Origin: Octopus vulgaris
Taxonomy: Eukaryota
Assembly (NCBI GenBank): GCA_951406725.2
Contig: OX597816.1
Span: forward strand, 145,700,001 to 145,764,000
Length of the DNA: 64,000 bases
Direction of reading: 5' to 3'
A program made the translations under genes and the position numbers. Positions 1 to 12,024 of the stretch are shown here, piece by piece (position 1 is the first letter of the stretch; each line of letters begins with the position of its first letter). The notes under the pieces are model-generated. The model was not told where the DNA came from and ran no database searches. It saw nothing but the letters and a program-made list of their open reading frames with translations.

Positions 1-615
1 ACCTAGGTGATATTTCTTCATTTTGCGCCTGCCCGGAATCTTTAGATCTTCACAACCTTTGTCTTTCTACGACATACTATTCGGCTTATCTTTGCTCTTC
101 ACTGCTTTATTACTGACTGCCACAACCATTCTTTGCATTACTGGGGGAAAATAATTCTTCCTTCATAATAACTAAGGTACAATATGTAAAGTACATACAC
201 ACACACACAAAATTAAAAGAAAAGCACCAAACAGAGTGCGTTATTTTCTCCATTTTCTCCATTTACAGTTGCAAAAACATTTATATAATTTTATTTTACG
301 TCAAAGCGAGAAAATCATAGCGTACATACTGATTACCTAATTGTTTGGACTGGTTTCTCTACGAAAATCTCTTCCACTTTGTTACTTCTCCCTCTAGATC
401 CGTCATTCTTTCTACAATATTTACTCTCTTTCGACTCATTGCTTTTAAAGTTATATAATTTAATATGTTTAAATCAATATTCATGAGCTGCTTCGTAAAG
501 GTATCTTCGGAATAAGAATTGATTAGATTCGAGTGTATTACAAATAAGAATGAATCAGTTCATTCAATGATTATCACACCTTCTAGTGGAATATAACAGG
601 GCTAAACAGATATGG

Positions 616-790
616 ACACACGCAAACACACACGCACGCACAGTCATGCAGAGGCATGCAGAGCTACACACACACACACGCACACACACATATACAAACA
701 CATACAAACACACACTTACACACACGCACACACAAGTATACATACATGAACATATATACACACATGTACACTCATATACCGAGACACGCA
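616..790. repeat. Imperfect (CA)n/(TA)n microsatellite
   Basis: Runs of cacaca/tacaca; explains spurious ORFs 564..791 and 586..918. Confidence 0.9.
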
Positions 791-794
791 TATA

Positions 795-1125
795 TGGTCC
801 GGCGCTGCGAAACAGGGTTGGCGGGACTGCGTTAACACCCTTATATCGCCTTTCGTCCTGTAGGTATTCAACGGAGTCTTGGTATAACTATTCAAAGCAG
901 GAGAAATTTCAAGTCTGAAGCAGGAAATGTTTTTAGATACGGGCGGTGGCAGAAAACTTCTTTCTTAGTGTTTAAAGTATCCCCGGGTCGGACAAGCTTT
1001 TTAGGATTCCTGCCCTAGGCAGGATGCTCATGTAGAGTATACAATGACTGCCCAGCGGGTTCGATCCGAAGCCGAGGGGCTCGTGTATGAGACTGATGTC
1101 GTAGTCGCCACTGGTAGCCAAAGTA
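795..1125 (-). mobile_element. Possible SINE with tRNA(Met)-like head
   Basis: Minus strand reads ccagtgg...tcagtctcata...ggatcgaaccc, resembling tRNA-Met D-arm, anticodon arm and B box; GC-rich island in AT-rich DNA. Single copy in window. Confidence 0.3.
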
Positions 1126-1146
1126 ACAGCCTAAGCAGCAACGGCA

Positions 1147-1515
1147 GTGGAGGCGCAATGGCCCAGTGGTTAGGGCAGCGGACTCGCGGTCGGAAAATCG
1201 CAGTTTCGATTCCCAGACCGGGCGTTGTGTGTGTTTATTGAGCGAAAACACCTAAAACTCCACGAGGCTCCGGCAGGGGGTGGTCCCGACCCATGTTGTA
1301 CTCTTTCTCCCCAACTTTCTCTCACTCTTTCTTCCTGTTTCTTGACCCCGACCTCTTACGCAACCGCTGAGACTGGATGCGCATTCATCCATCCGTCAAT
1401 GCTCTCGGTGTCGGGAGTTGACCTGCTTTCTCTTCTGCGGGTCTTACGAATAGCAAAGGACCACGTTTCGGACTTCTCCCATCCTGCGAGCTCTGGGACG
1501 AAGACCGTTCGCTCA
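1147..1515 (+). mobile_element. tRNA-derived SINE (family B), followed by (CAA/CAG)n tail
   Basis: A box tggcccagtggttaggg, B box gtttcgattccc; first ~190 bp align with the minus-strand copy at 59472-59787. Confidence 0.85.
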
Positions 1516-1645
1516 ACAGCAACAGCAGCAACAGCAACAGCAAGAGCAGCACGGCAAATCCGCCGACAACAACGACGACAATGATAGAAACCAGAGCAAC
1601 AGCACAAGCGGCAACGATGCACCTACTGACAACAGTAACAACCAC
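1515..1645. repeat. Degenerate (CAA/CAG)n trinucleotide tract
   Basis: caacagcaacagcagcaacagcaac... directly after SINE B. Confidence 0.8.
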
Positions 1646-3046
1646 AATGTTAGCCGCGACGGTGATGGTGGGCAGGTAGCCTGAATTAACTAGGATTTCT
1701 CTTTTTAGTATGATAATGTAGGATATGCCTGCATGTACATGTATATTTTTGTATACATTTGTAAATTTAGTAGAACAAAAGAAAGAAAGATACTTAACAT
1801 GATGGATGAGTATTGAATTGAATTGAACCAGTTTCAGCTCACGAGTTGTGGTCGTTTAAATTCTTTACAAAACGGAAACAACCAGAGAAAATTTTTCATA
1901 TTTTATCCACTTTCCTGTATAAGCCTGAAAGCTGAATCATTCTTCAAATCATGTGCGTCTTTAGAATCCTAGATATTAAACCGCAAGTATATTTCGAAGT
2001 AGATGTACTTTATTATGTGTTTGGAGGCTCATATGTAATACTTAGTGGTCAGCTAAAAGGTCATATATGAAGTGGCATCGTCCTTTTAGCGGTCGAATCA
2101 TTGCTTTGAAACACCACTCATTAATTTCTGAGGGTAAAAGTGTAAAACTTTCAAATTGTAAATTCTGCCTTTTAGAGAAATTAATTTACTTCAGATTCTC
2201 GATGTTTTCATTTTCCTTTGCTGCGTCAACTGTGCGTTCACACACACACACACACACATACAAATACAAACACACACACACCTGCGGGCGCACGCACGCA
2301 CACACGGCCCCAACTCATACACAGACTTATGCGCATAAATGTATACTCACACAAAGAAGGGTAAAGTGTGAGATGGAGAAATTGCACATTGAGTAGCTAA
2401 ATATATAAAAATACGTTGAAACTTTGTTGTGTTATAACCCCCACCCCATCGTTGGTAATTTGTTATATTTTTAATCTTCTTCATTCACACATTAAAGTAT
2501 TAGTTATGAGCCTAACGGTTTGACATATTCTTTCGTTGTTTGCCTAATATCAACATTATTACCATGTGCGTCAACGTTATTTTCAGAAATTGCGTCCGTT
2601 TATTGAAAGTTTAAATGTAAATAGTTTGTATTGCTATATAGACATCTGAACTTGACACCTAGTATAATGGAGGTTTTCTACGAAAGTAGAAATATCTTGC
2701 AGAGTAATAAAAGTTCACTATTCTATTGTGTGATTTTGTGTGTCTTTTAAAAATATCTATTTGAAGACTTCAGAAAATATTTGCATTTCTTTGGTTAACT
2801 CTTTGCTGTGTCCACTCGATTAAACATTCTCACCTTTTGCACGTCTGTATGTATATATAGTCTACTGACTAAAATCTGTGTAAATTACTGTAACAAAGAT
2901 AAATCAGAACAAAAAATTGTTAGTATCTCAGAATAAGTTAATAAAATCGATAGATATATTGAGTCATTATATGACCCACGTTGACTGATTCGAATTTTCT
3001 GGCACGAAATATTGCTTTTTATCCGAGAAGTTTTTTTTCTAGATTC

Positions 3047-3550
3047 TGTGTGTGCTGCCGATGTTATTTTTGCTGATCTTGAAGCTGCTGCTACCGCCGT
3101 TGCTGGTGCTGAAGATTTTGGTGTTTGCCTTGGCGTTGTTAAAACTGGCGTTGGTGTTCGTGCTGGCGCCGATGTAGTTAATGCTACATTTTTAAGATTC
3201 TAACCCCCAATACAATGGAGATAAAATATTACCTAAAATATCTCAGGTATCTTGAAATGAAGTACTTATTTTCAATGGCTTCAATGGCTTTTTTTTTCGA
3301 AATTCTGTAGATGTTAAAAGAAACAAATAATCTATATTTCATGAAATATATATGTAATAATAAAATGGTCTTATTTAAAACCATATGAATATATATGATG
3401 CCCCCTACGACAGCATTAATTACATCGGCGCCAGCACGAACACCAACGCCAGTTTTAACAACACCAAGGCAAACACCAAAATCTTCAGCACCAGCAACGG
3501 CGGTAGCAGCAGCTTCAAGATCAGCAAAAATAACATCGGCAGCACACACA
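3047..3550. repeat. 139-bp inverted repeat (arms 3047-3185 and 3412-3550, 226-bp spacer)
   Basis: Arms are reverse complements with only 2 differences; ORFs 3012..3203(+) and 3229..3549(-) share the peptide CAADVIFADLEAAATAVAGAEDFGVCLGVVKTGVGVRAGADV. Confidence 0.97.
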
Positions 3551-4100
3551 CATGAAAATACATCGGATATTCTGGAAACACATTCAAGCAGCGCCTCTCC
3601 AATCCCAGATCCTTTATCAGGATACTGGAGAGAAGATACGCTGCGTCCTTAGCCAGCCGTGTATGGCGGCTAAAAGACGAAGGAACTCCAGACGTAATAT
3701 CAGTGAAGATTCTAGAAATCCAGGACCCTGTGGATGCATTATAACAGTGGATGCAAGCATATAACAAATGATGCAAGCATTATAATTGGAGATAGCCGAA
3801 AGGACGAGGATATTAAAATACTTGTTCGACCCAAGGAACAACCTTAACTCCAGGATGGAATATTTCGAACCCTGCTTGTAATTCAGGAAATTCCTACTGG
3901 TGTCCTGGGATACATCACGCAATAGGTAAATTACGGATAGGAGTCAAAGGAGAGAACCCCTTGTTGACATATAGTAATAAGGTCTTTTCCTCCTAAATTT
4001 CCTAGAGAAGCCATTTGCTAGAGAGGTCATACGTCAATGGGTTTAGGGTCTGAAGCCAAGCGCCTTATCGACGTAAAAACCAGGGTAATCTCATAAACCG
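3395..4100 (+). mobile_element. Possible degraded LINE ORF1 5' region
   Basis: Thr/Ala/Ser-rich low-complexity ORF followed by broken frames of higher GC; same architecture as the Tx1-like ORF1 at 28954. No diagnostic motif. Confidence 0.3.
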
Positions 4101-4884
4101 GGCATATCTATTTTTATCTATATACTCTATTGCTCTAAAACTTAGATCGTGCTTCTAGAATGGATTTATGATACTCACAGTGATAAAGAATACAAGGACT
4201 ATTAAAAACGCATTATCTTGAAAGAGCCGTTGCGGCTTTCTACTTCACCAAGTTTCCGAATTTGTTATAATAACCAGAATAATATTTTTTCAGATATATT
4301 TGCGAGTATTGTGAGTAGTTTTCAATCAGGCAAATCTTCATGTTGGTAGTACTTGAAAGTGAACATTGTTGTTTCTTTGAAGTTCAAGCTGCAAGATAAC
4401 TTACAATATCCGCGCTTATCACTGTTGCATACATAAACTAAGAGACATACACACGTACATTAACGCACACGTGAATCATATCTCTGTCTCTCTGTGTGTC
4501 TGTCTCTGTCTTTGGATGCGCGCGCTTGTGTGCGTGTGTGTGTGTGTGTGTCAATCGTCACAAAAATGAATGTATACTGGCACACACATACACCATCACA
4601 TACATATACTTGTTAGTCATCGGCCTAACGTCGGTAACGAACGTGCAAACAGACGCATAGAGAAAATATGACGTCATCGTCATTATGGTGGTAATATAAA
4701 ATGTCGATAGATGACTAAAAGAAAAATTATGATGTTAAATTTTTGTAATGTAAATATGTAAATGAAAATATAGTTTAGTCGGTAGACCAAATCATGCAAC
4801 TCGGGTTTGGAATGCATAAGGAACATGCGCGCACACACACAAACAAATACAAACACTCTTCTATATATGTATATATATATATAT

Positions 4885-5006
4885 GGATCCAGGTTCAGTC
4901 CCACTCTGTGGCACTTTGGGCACTATAGCCACAGTGGCACTGTGGGACTGTGGCACTATAGTCTGGGGCCGATGGATTTTGTAGATGGAAACTGAAAAAT
5001 GGTCGT

Positions 5007-5010
<4 letters not shown>
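4885..5010 (+). mobile_element. SINE family C, 5' half (rearranged head)
   Basis: ggttcagtcccact..gtggcac.ttggg and ggatttt-gtagatggaaactgaaa match the full copy at 6516-6925; ends at the internal (TA)n. Confidence 0.8.
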
Positions 5011-5070
<60 letters not shown>

Positions 5071-5073
<3 letters not shown>

Positions 5074-6098
5074 AATACAAAATCGGACAAGAAGGCAAAA
5101 CATCCAGATAGACGATACAAAGAAAACAAGGGCGGGTCATTCGGAGGCTTCTTACCTCAGTCGAGTTCCCGATTATCTTTGCAATTTCGGCTGATTATAC
5201 CCGTGTTTGCTCAAATCTGGCCAAGTAAAAGCTAAGCTAAGAGCATTAGATTACTTGGAAGAAAGCAGCGAATGCATACAAAATCAAGGACGAAAAGAAA
5301 ACGGAGAATGTTACACAAATGCAAATAGCAGGACATAAAAACAGGTTTCTTTCGACTAAGGACGAATTAAATCAAGCTCGTGTGTGTGGAAATAAAGCCT
5401 TACGGCAGGGATACAAGTTTTCACAGGAATATGGATGTTGCACGGACGACGGCCGAACACCGGTCACGTGGGGAGAGAAGAGAGAGAGAGAGTTAGAGGC
5501 AGAGGGACAGAAGAATTATGGAGGGGTGAGAAAAAGAAGACAAGGATACTTGAAGTGAAAGGAGGAGAGAAAGTGAGCAAGAAGAGGAGCCAGGGAAATG
5601 TGAGGAAGGGGGAACGCAAGAACGAAGAGTGGAATGAACAAGTAAGCGTGAAAGGGGTGATTGAAAAAAAGAATAGAGTCTTACAAGATTTAGATAAATA
5701 TATACTTACATATAAGAGACCAAAATGTACGTACACCGCTATATATATATATTATAATACCAAATAGGACAAGAAGGCAAAACTTTCAGCTAGTTAGGTG
5801 ATACAAGAAAGGGACACCAAAACATCCAGATGAATGACACAAAGGAAACAAGGACGAGTCATTCGAAGTTTTCTTTCCTCAGTCGAGTTCCAGATTAACG
5901 TTGCAATTTCGGCTGGTTATACTCGGGATTGCTCCAATCCGGCAAGCCCCAAGGAAAAACTAAGCTAAGAGCATTAGATTCCTTCGAAGAAAGCAGCGAA
6001 TGTATACGAAAACAAAGACGGAAAAAAAACGGAGAATGTTTTGCACAAATACAAAAAACAGAACATAACAACAGGTGTCTTTCGACTAAGGACAAATT
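5071..6098 (-). mobile_element. Non-coding repeat family A, one full plus one partial copy in tandem (5071-5700, 5753-6098); probably Penelope-derived
   Basis: Both units start tataatac.aaat.ggacaagaaggcaaaac and share aacatccagat..., gtcattcg..., ctaagctaagagcattagatt, tctttcgactaaggac; homologues at 23866-24530 and 62998-63563. Strand assigned from hammerhead-like core. Confidence 0.75.
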
Positions 6099-6268
6099 GT
6101 CTGAGTTTGTCTTCTCACCATGGCTTGACGACCAATGCTTTTGCGTTTACGTCTCCGTAAATTAGGCTTGCAAAAAATAATCTTTGGGGTAGATTTGTTC
6201 AATTAAAGGTGGTGCCCCAGCATGGTCGCAGCCACAAGACTGAAACAAGTAAGAAAAAAATAAAAGAA
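6099..6268 (+). mobile_element. SINE family C, 3' half
   Basis: gcttgac..., tttacgtc.ccgtaa, ggtgccccagcatgg.cgcag, gactgaaacaagtaa match the 3' half of 6516-6925. Confidence 0.8.
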
Positions 6269-6274
6269 TACGTC

Positions 6275-6391
6275 GTGCTACTTTCTATTTCCGCCAACCA
6301 AATTTACTGCCGAAGGTGCCACACAATGACACTGAATTCAGAAGCATGTGAATGGGAAGGCAACTTCTTATGACACAGCCACACCTGTGCT
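6275..6391 (-). mobile_element. SINE family C head fragment
   Basis: aaggtgccacaca..actgaa...cacagccacacctg is the reverse complement of the family C head. Confidence 0.6.
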
Positions 6392-6515
6392 AGCATACAC
6401 ACAGATATATATATGTGTGTGTGTTTGTGCATATCTGTGTCCGCATGTGTGTGTATGTGTGTGTACATACTTATTTATATATATGCATATACATACATAC
6501 GAACATATACATATA

Positions 6516-6678
6516 GGCGTAGGAGTGGCTATGTGGTAAGTAGCTTGCTTACGAACCACATGGGACCGGGTTCAGTCCTACTCCGTGGGACCTTCGGCAA
6601 GAGTCTTCTACTATAGCCTCGGGCCGACCAAAGCCTTGTGAGTGGATTTGGTAAACGGAAACTGAAAGAATCCCGTCG

Positions 6679-6717
<39 letters not shown>

Positions 6718-6923
6718 GCATGTGTCTGTATATGTTTGTGTGTCTGTATTTGTCCCCCCAGCATCGCTTGACAAACGATGCTGGTGTGTTTACGTTCCCG
6801 TAACTTAGAGGTTCGGCAAAAGAGACCGATAGAATAAGTCCTTGGGTCGATTTGCTTGACTAAAGCAGTGCTCCATCATGGCCGCAGTAAGATGACTGAA
6901 ACAAGTAAAAGAGTAAAAAAAGA

Positions 6924-6925
<2 letters not shown>
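6516..6925 (+). mobile_element. Full-length tRNA-derived SINE (family C) with internal (TA)n/(TG)n tract
   Basis: ggcgtaggagtggctatgtggtaag (A box), gggttcagtcc (B box), 3' gactgaaacaagtaaaagagtaaaa; close match to the reverse copy at 60604-61014. Confidence 0.9.
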
Positions 6926-6958
<33 letters not shown>

Positions 6959-9900
6959 TATATATATGCATATATACACACACACACACACACATATATA
7001 TGTATATATATATATATATATACATACAGAGAGGGAGAGGGACAGAGAGACAGCGACAGAGAGAAAGCTAACTTATATTTTGCCTCTATGACTTATAAAG
7101 ACACCATATTCATGATGTTTGTTTTAACTATGTCACCCAAAATTATATATTTGTGCTACTTGAATGTCACCTTGAAATATTTACAAATCTTATCTGAAAT
7201 GCCAGCGCATGACGATAAGGACAGCTTAATTTTTTTTAATGATGAACTTTAACCAAAACACCTTCAACCTATCAATTATCTACGCTGAGATCTAAGATGA
7301 CACAAATATTTGACATCTCAACTGTATCTCGCTAACAGACACATTTCAGGTAATATAATGTCTCACATATTACATCCTGCGTTGATTTTAAGTTTAAGTC
7401 GATATTTCTTTCTTTGATGTGTGACCAGTTACATTTAGGGATAATCATACTTCATTGAAATGATTTTAGTAGACTTATTAGTGCAGCATTTTCGCTCAAT
7501 CCTGACATATAGAAACACGAATAAATGAGTTGCCCTTGCTTTCGTATGATGTTCAATACAATAATACAACTTAATTATCAATAAATGAATATTATATTTG
7601 CGATATATATGTTATTTGTGTGTGTATGAATGCGCGTGAGCGTATGTTTCTATGCTTTTGTATATGTGTCTGAAATCAGGAAATATTCGATAAATAATAA
7701 GCTAATAGCGTAGTGAATTTCTTACGATTCTGGCGTATAATGATAGGAACCAATATAACAAGCGTTGGAATTGCGCATTCTATATGCATACACAAGTATG
7801 CTAAGGAATACCTGGTATATTACCTTTGTCAAATTTTGACATAACTCTGTTTTTCCTCATTTGCAGTATTTATAAGTTTTCACTAAGTATAGAGTACTTA
7901 TTTTTTAGGGAACGGACATCGCGATGTAGCTTCCAATGTGCTTCGAGTAACTTTCAGTTTTCCATTGCCAGTGGATGAACATGGAAAATGTTATAAAGGA
8001 AATTGACTGACCCTGGTTTCTTGACAGGATATGATGAAATACATAAGGAAGGCTATGGAAGTCTGAAGAATTAAGAGTTAAATATTAAATTATTTAAATG
8101 CAGTAGTTCAACTACTAATCGTATGCAACACATGCTTGCATACACAGACACAGATACACACACACACACACACGCACATACACACACACACACACATACA
8201 AACACACAACAAACACACGAACGCACACACACGCGCGCACACACACGCGCGAACACACACACAGGGTTATTTTTAGTTCAAATGTATTATTAATATTTGT
8301 AAATTTCAGATCCCAGAAAAGGAGTAAAAATGGATTCTTTGCTTAGAATGTTTCAACATGAGATCATACATCGGAAGTTCTTCGAGTAACAGATATTGTA
8401 TAAAATATTTATTTCACCTTGGCGGAGATTGCAAAGTAGCAAGTCAGAAACTTAAAAAATTTCTATGTTCCAAGTTTTCTAAACCGAATAAATATTCAAG
8501 GGAAACGATAATTTTTGATATTATGGTTTATTTCCTTTTACTCACAAATGCTTAAATAAACAACCTTCAAAATATCATTATATTTGGTACTCCACAGATG
8601 CCTGTATTTTCCATTTAAAACAATCTCAACTAAATCTATGTTAAGTTCATTGACCTAAATAATTTATTCTCACGCCTGAACATCTTTGATTTAGTTATTT
8701 AAAGCATTCATTTTATGAATACTTTTACATTTTGTACTCAATATATTCGTGATAGAGAAATCTTATTTATATTTGTTTAACGTGTGTCGTTTACGTTGAT
8801 AAATCATATTTTTTGCTCAAAATACTTATTAAGATTTATTTTATACAGTCATTTAACAAACGTCCTATGGCTTTCTTTTAAAGCATAGTACCGCATTTCT
8901 TTTTTAATTAAACCGTTTTCTTCGAATATACTGACAATCAATACAATACATTTCAGAGAGGTGAATTTTCATTGTATACGTGTTTATATATTGAAAATCC
9001 AATAACATAACATTCTTGAACAAAATGAAGCATATGCTGGAATTCAGAATTACTAACACAACAAATGATATTTGTTGCAAATCTTGCTGTGTATATAAGA
9101 GAGAAATAACGGAATATCATTGCAATCTTGTCAAGAAATAAAAAGTTAAACAGAAATTTACGAGTCCAGTTTTGAATAAAACGTTCGTCAGTTAATCTTA
9201 TTGGAAATCGGACCATGTTCTGGTACCACTATTCGTATAAATATGTTAATATTTTTCTTGTTTACAAATTCCCATTTTGCTTGAATTAGTATATGTTAAG
9301 AGATAAAACAACCAGAAATGTTTAATGTTTACATTATAACCAATTTGTGGCTGAGTTCTGGAGTAGCTCGTGAATTGCTTTTAAAATTTTACGCATACAT
9401 ATCGAGCAATTTCAAATAGTTCCCTATTTCCTTATAATTCTTTCTTTTCACTAGACAAATATAGATCCGTGCAATGCTTGACAGAAATAATTATTTCCAT
9501 TTGCTTACATATTTTAGCACTGAGCCAGATTCTCACATGTGTATTTTAATGCAAAGAAATTATTTTCTTGTTTCTTATATGACGCATGAAGCAAATATTA
9601 TCCATTTGTATCTTTTTCATAATAAACTGACAGATAAATATATATTCAGGCCATCTACTGTCCGTATTAGTGTGTGTGTATGTATGCATATATGTATGTA
9701 TATATATATATATATATATATCGATCAACTTGTAATCACATAGGTGCAAATCATGATGGAGAAAATAGTACTGGAATACGAAAAGTTGAGTAAAATACTA
9801 TTTTGATAGAACCGCAAATATTCCACAAAAGCTGCACAAACCGTTTCTTATAGTTTTTTTTTGTGTGTGTGACAGTTCATGACTATGTTTATGATTATGC

Positions 9901-10879
9901 CGGGTAGTACAAACATTTTCCATAAAACATTTCCTTCATAGACAGCACTTTTGCATTTATTGCGAGTCTGATTAACATTGACATGAATCTCTGAGTAACA
10001 GCTTGGAGATTTTTCTCGGGTTTAATTAAATAGAAAACACACGCATATACACGCGCGTGCGCATGCACACACACACACACGCAGAGGGATAGTGTGGGAG
10101 GAGGTAGATTGATATACATATACACTTGCAGGGAAAAAAAGTATATACGTGTATGTATATGTATACATACGTGTGTGTCTGTGTGTGTGTGTTGGTTTGT
10201 GTGTACGTGTGTGTGTACTTGTGTGTGTGTGTGTGTTTCTGTGTGTATGTATGCATGTTATGTATATACGATTTTTCTTTGATTTTAATTTAATTTCTTC
10301 AAAGAGTTCAAGCCCATTACGAACAAAGCAACAAAACATTTTTGAGTTAAGAAAGTTCACGGCGTTTGTGAATATGTGGTTGAGTTGGTGTGTTGGGGGA
10401 AATGTGCATACATGCACTCAGGTGTGTGTATCTATTCACAAGAATTTCACATGGAGAGTGTGAGCTAATGAAGGCCTGTTGTGTAATTTATGTATCCCAT
10501 ATTCGTTTAGTAGTTGCTGTTATTCTCTTTGCAAATCATATTAGTTTTAATAAGGAAGACATATTTCTTAAGAAATATATGAAGAACGTCTTAAAGTATT
10601 ATGCCAAGATAACTTTCTACGTTTTGTTTTCAGAGATATAAATTCTGTTAAAATGTTTACTCTATAATATTTGATGAATTTATATATATATAGATGCTTT
10701 AAATCCACGTTTGTGCACATTAGACGTGCCACTTCTGCTTATAATAATAATAGGACACCGACTATGTAATTCACTGAAAATTTACAACCAGTCTCCCGTT
10801 ATTTGAAAGAAAGCTACCAAAGATTAGTGCTGATCATCAATCAAACGAGCCCAGGCAGTGCTTCATGAAAGAGAATTTT

Positions 10880-11035
10880 CGGGAACGGTCAAGAAGAGAA
10901 AACTGCAGTATTTTGCACATGTCACCAGAATGTAGGACCTCAGCATCCACGTCCAAACAGAAAGTATCACAGAGATAAGAGGGTAGGGCGGACCGAATAG
11001 ACGCTAGATGGATGGCATCAAAGTATTACAGGGTG
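10880..11035 (+). mobile_element. RTE-type LINE ORF C-terminal fragment
   Basis: Translates TVKKRKLQYFAHVTRM...GRPNRR*MDGIK, matching the RTE C-terminal L.YFGH..R...GRP..RW.D motif. Confidence 0.65.
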
Positions 11036-11570
11036 TTACTGGAAGTTTACTGCAATTAAATTGTGTTTGTGATAACTTCTCCTTCATGCTTTCATATCAA
11101 CGATGAATGCGTGTCCACTAGGGAAGCAATTTTAATAGAAATCTGCGATGGTGCAGCATAGAACCTCTCATCCAAGACATGTGAGACGAATGCGTCATAT
11201 GGAAGGCTTCATGCTTTATACGATGCTGAGGCAACATTTTGGCAATTAACAGGAAAGGAAACTTAAGAGAAAAACAATCAAGTGTAATGGGAATAACATA
11301 AGTATGTTACTGACAATAATTTTTTACCATTTCAAATTCATGTAAAACAAAATTTAAAATGTGAGCATTAAAAATTGAAAAAATACATAGAAATGAGTTT
11401 ATGTCCATTCTGAAAATTCGTCTTCGTTAAAATTCAATAAAAATTACTTGAAGTGGCAAAGGGCCAAGAATTGTATAATATAATTGTTGCTTCATAAATT
11501 GACTTTTCAACATCACTGACGTTATCTTTATTAATTATGCATGAATGACGGATGATGATAATAAAAAAAA

Positions 11571-11579
11571 TTAATAATG

Positions 11580-11648
<69 letters not shown>

Positions 11649-11655
11649 GCAATAA
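11571..11655. repeat. (TAA)n microsatellite
   Basis: Long perfect taa run. Confidence 0.97.
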
Positions 11656-11935
11656 TAGTGTTAATTGAGAAAGAAAGCAAACGATGTTGGGTCATGGATA
11701 TGGTATGTCCAGCTGACAAGTTATGCGAGAAGGAAGAAAGCAAAGTCGATAGATATGACAGGTTAGATTTAGATGTAAATTAGTTGTGGTCGCTGAAAAA
11801 GGTGGTAGTAGTAACAATAATTGTCGGAGAACTGGGAACTGTGAGTAAAAATGTTGAGAAATACATGAAACAAATAGGGCTTCAATAAGGGCGGAGGACT
11901 TGCAGAAAACAGCACTGCCTGGAACCGGATGGTGA
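11656..11935 (+). mobile_element. R4/Dong-clade non-LTR element, restriction-like endonuclease C-terminus
   Basis: IVLIEKESKRCWVMDMVCPAD...KVDRYDRL, LWSLKKVVVVTIIVGELGTVSK, LQKTALPG: PD..D-type RLE region. Confidence 0.8.
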
Positions 11936-12024
11936 TCGAAATTCTATTTATTCAATCTCGTCAATATTTCCTAATTGATGTGTTCCCGGATGATTTCTTA
12001 TGCTTATAAGATGATTTCTTATGC

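Noticed and set aside
1147-1225. tRNA gene
   Set aside because: A and B boxes are present but there is no acceptor stem and the sequence continues into a SINE body; the same holds at 6516, 12858, 59787 and 61014.
8953-9216. 87-aa minus-strand ORF
   Set aside because: No motif, AT-rich codons, length expected by chance.
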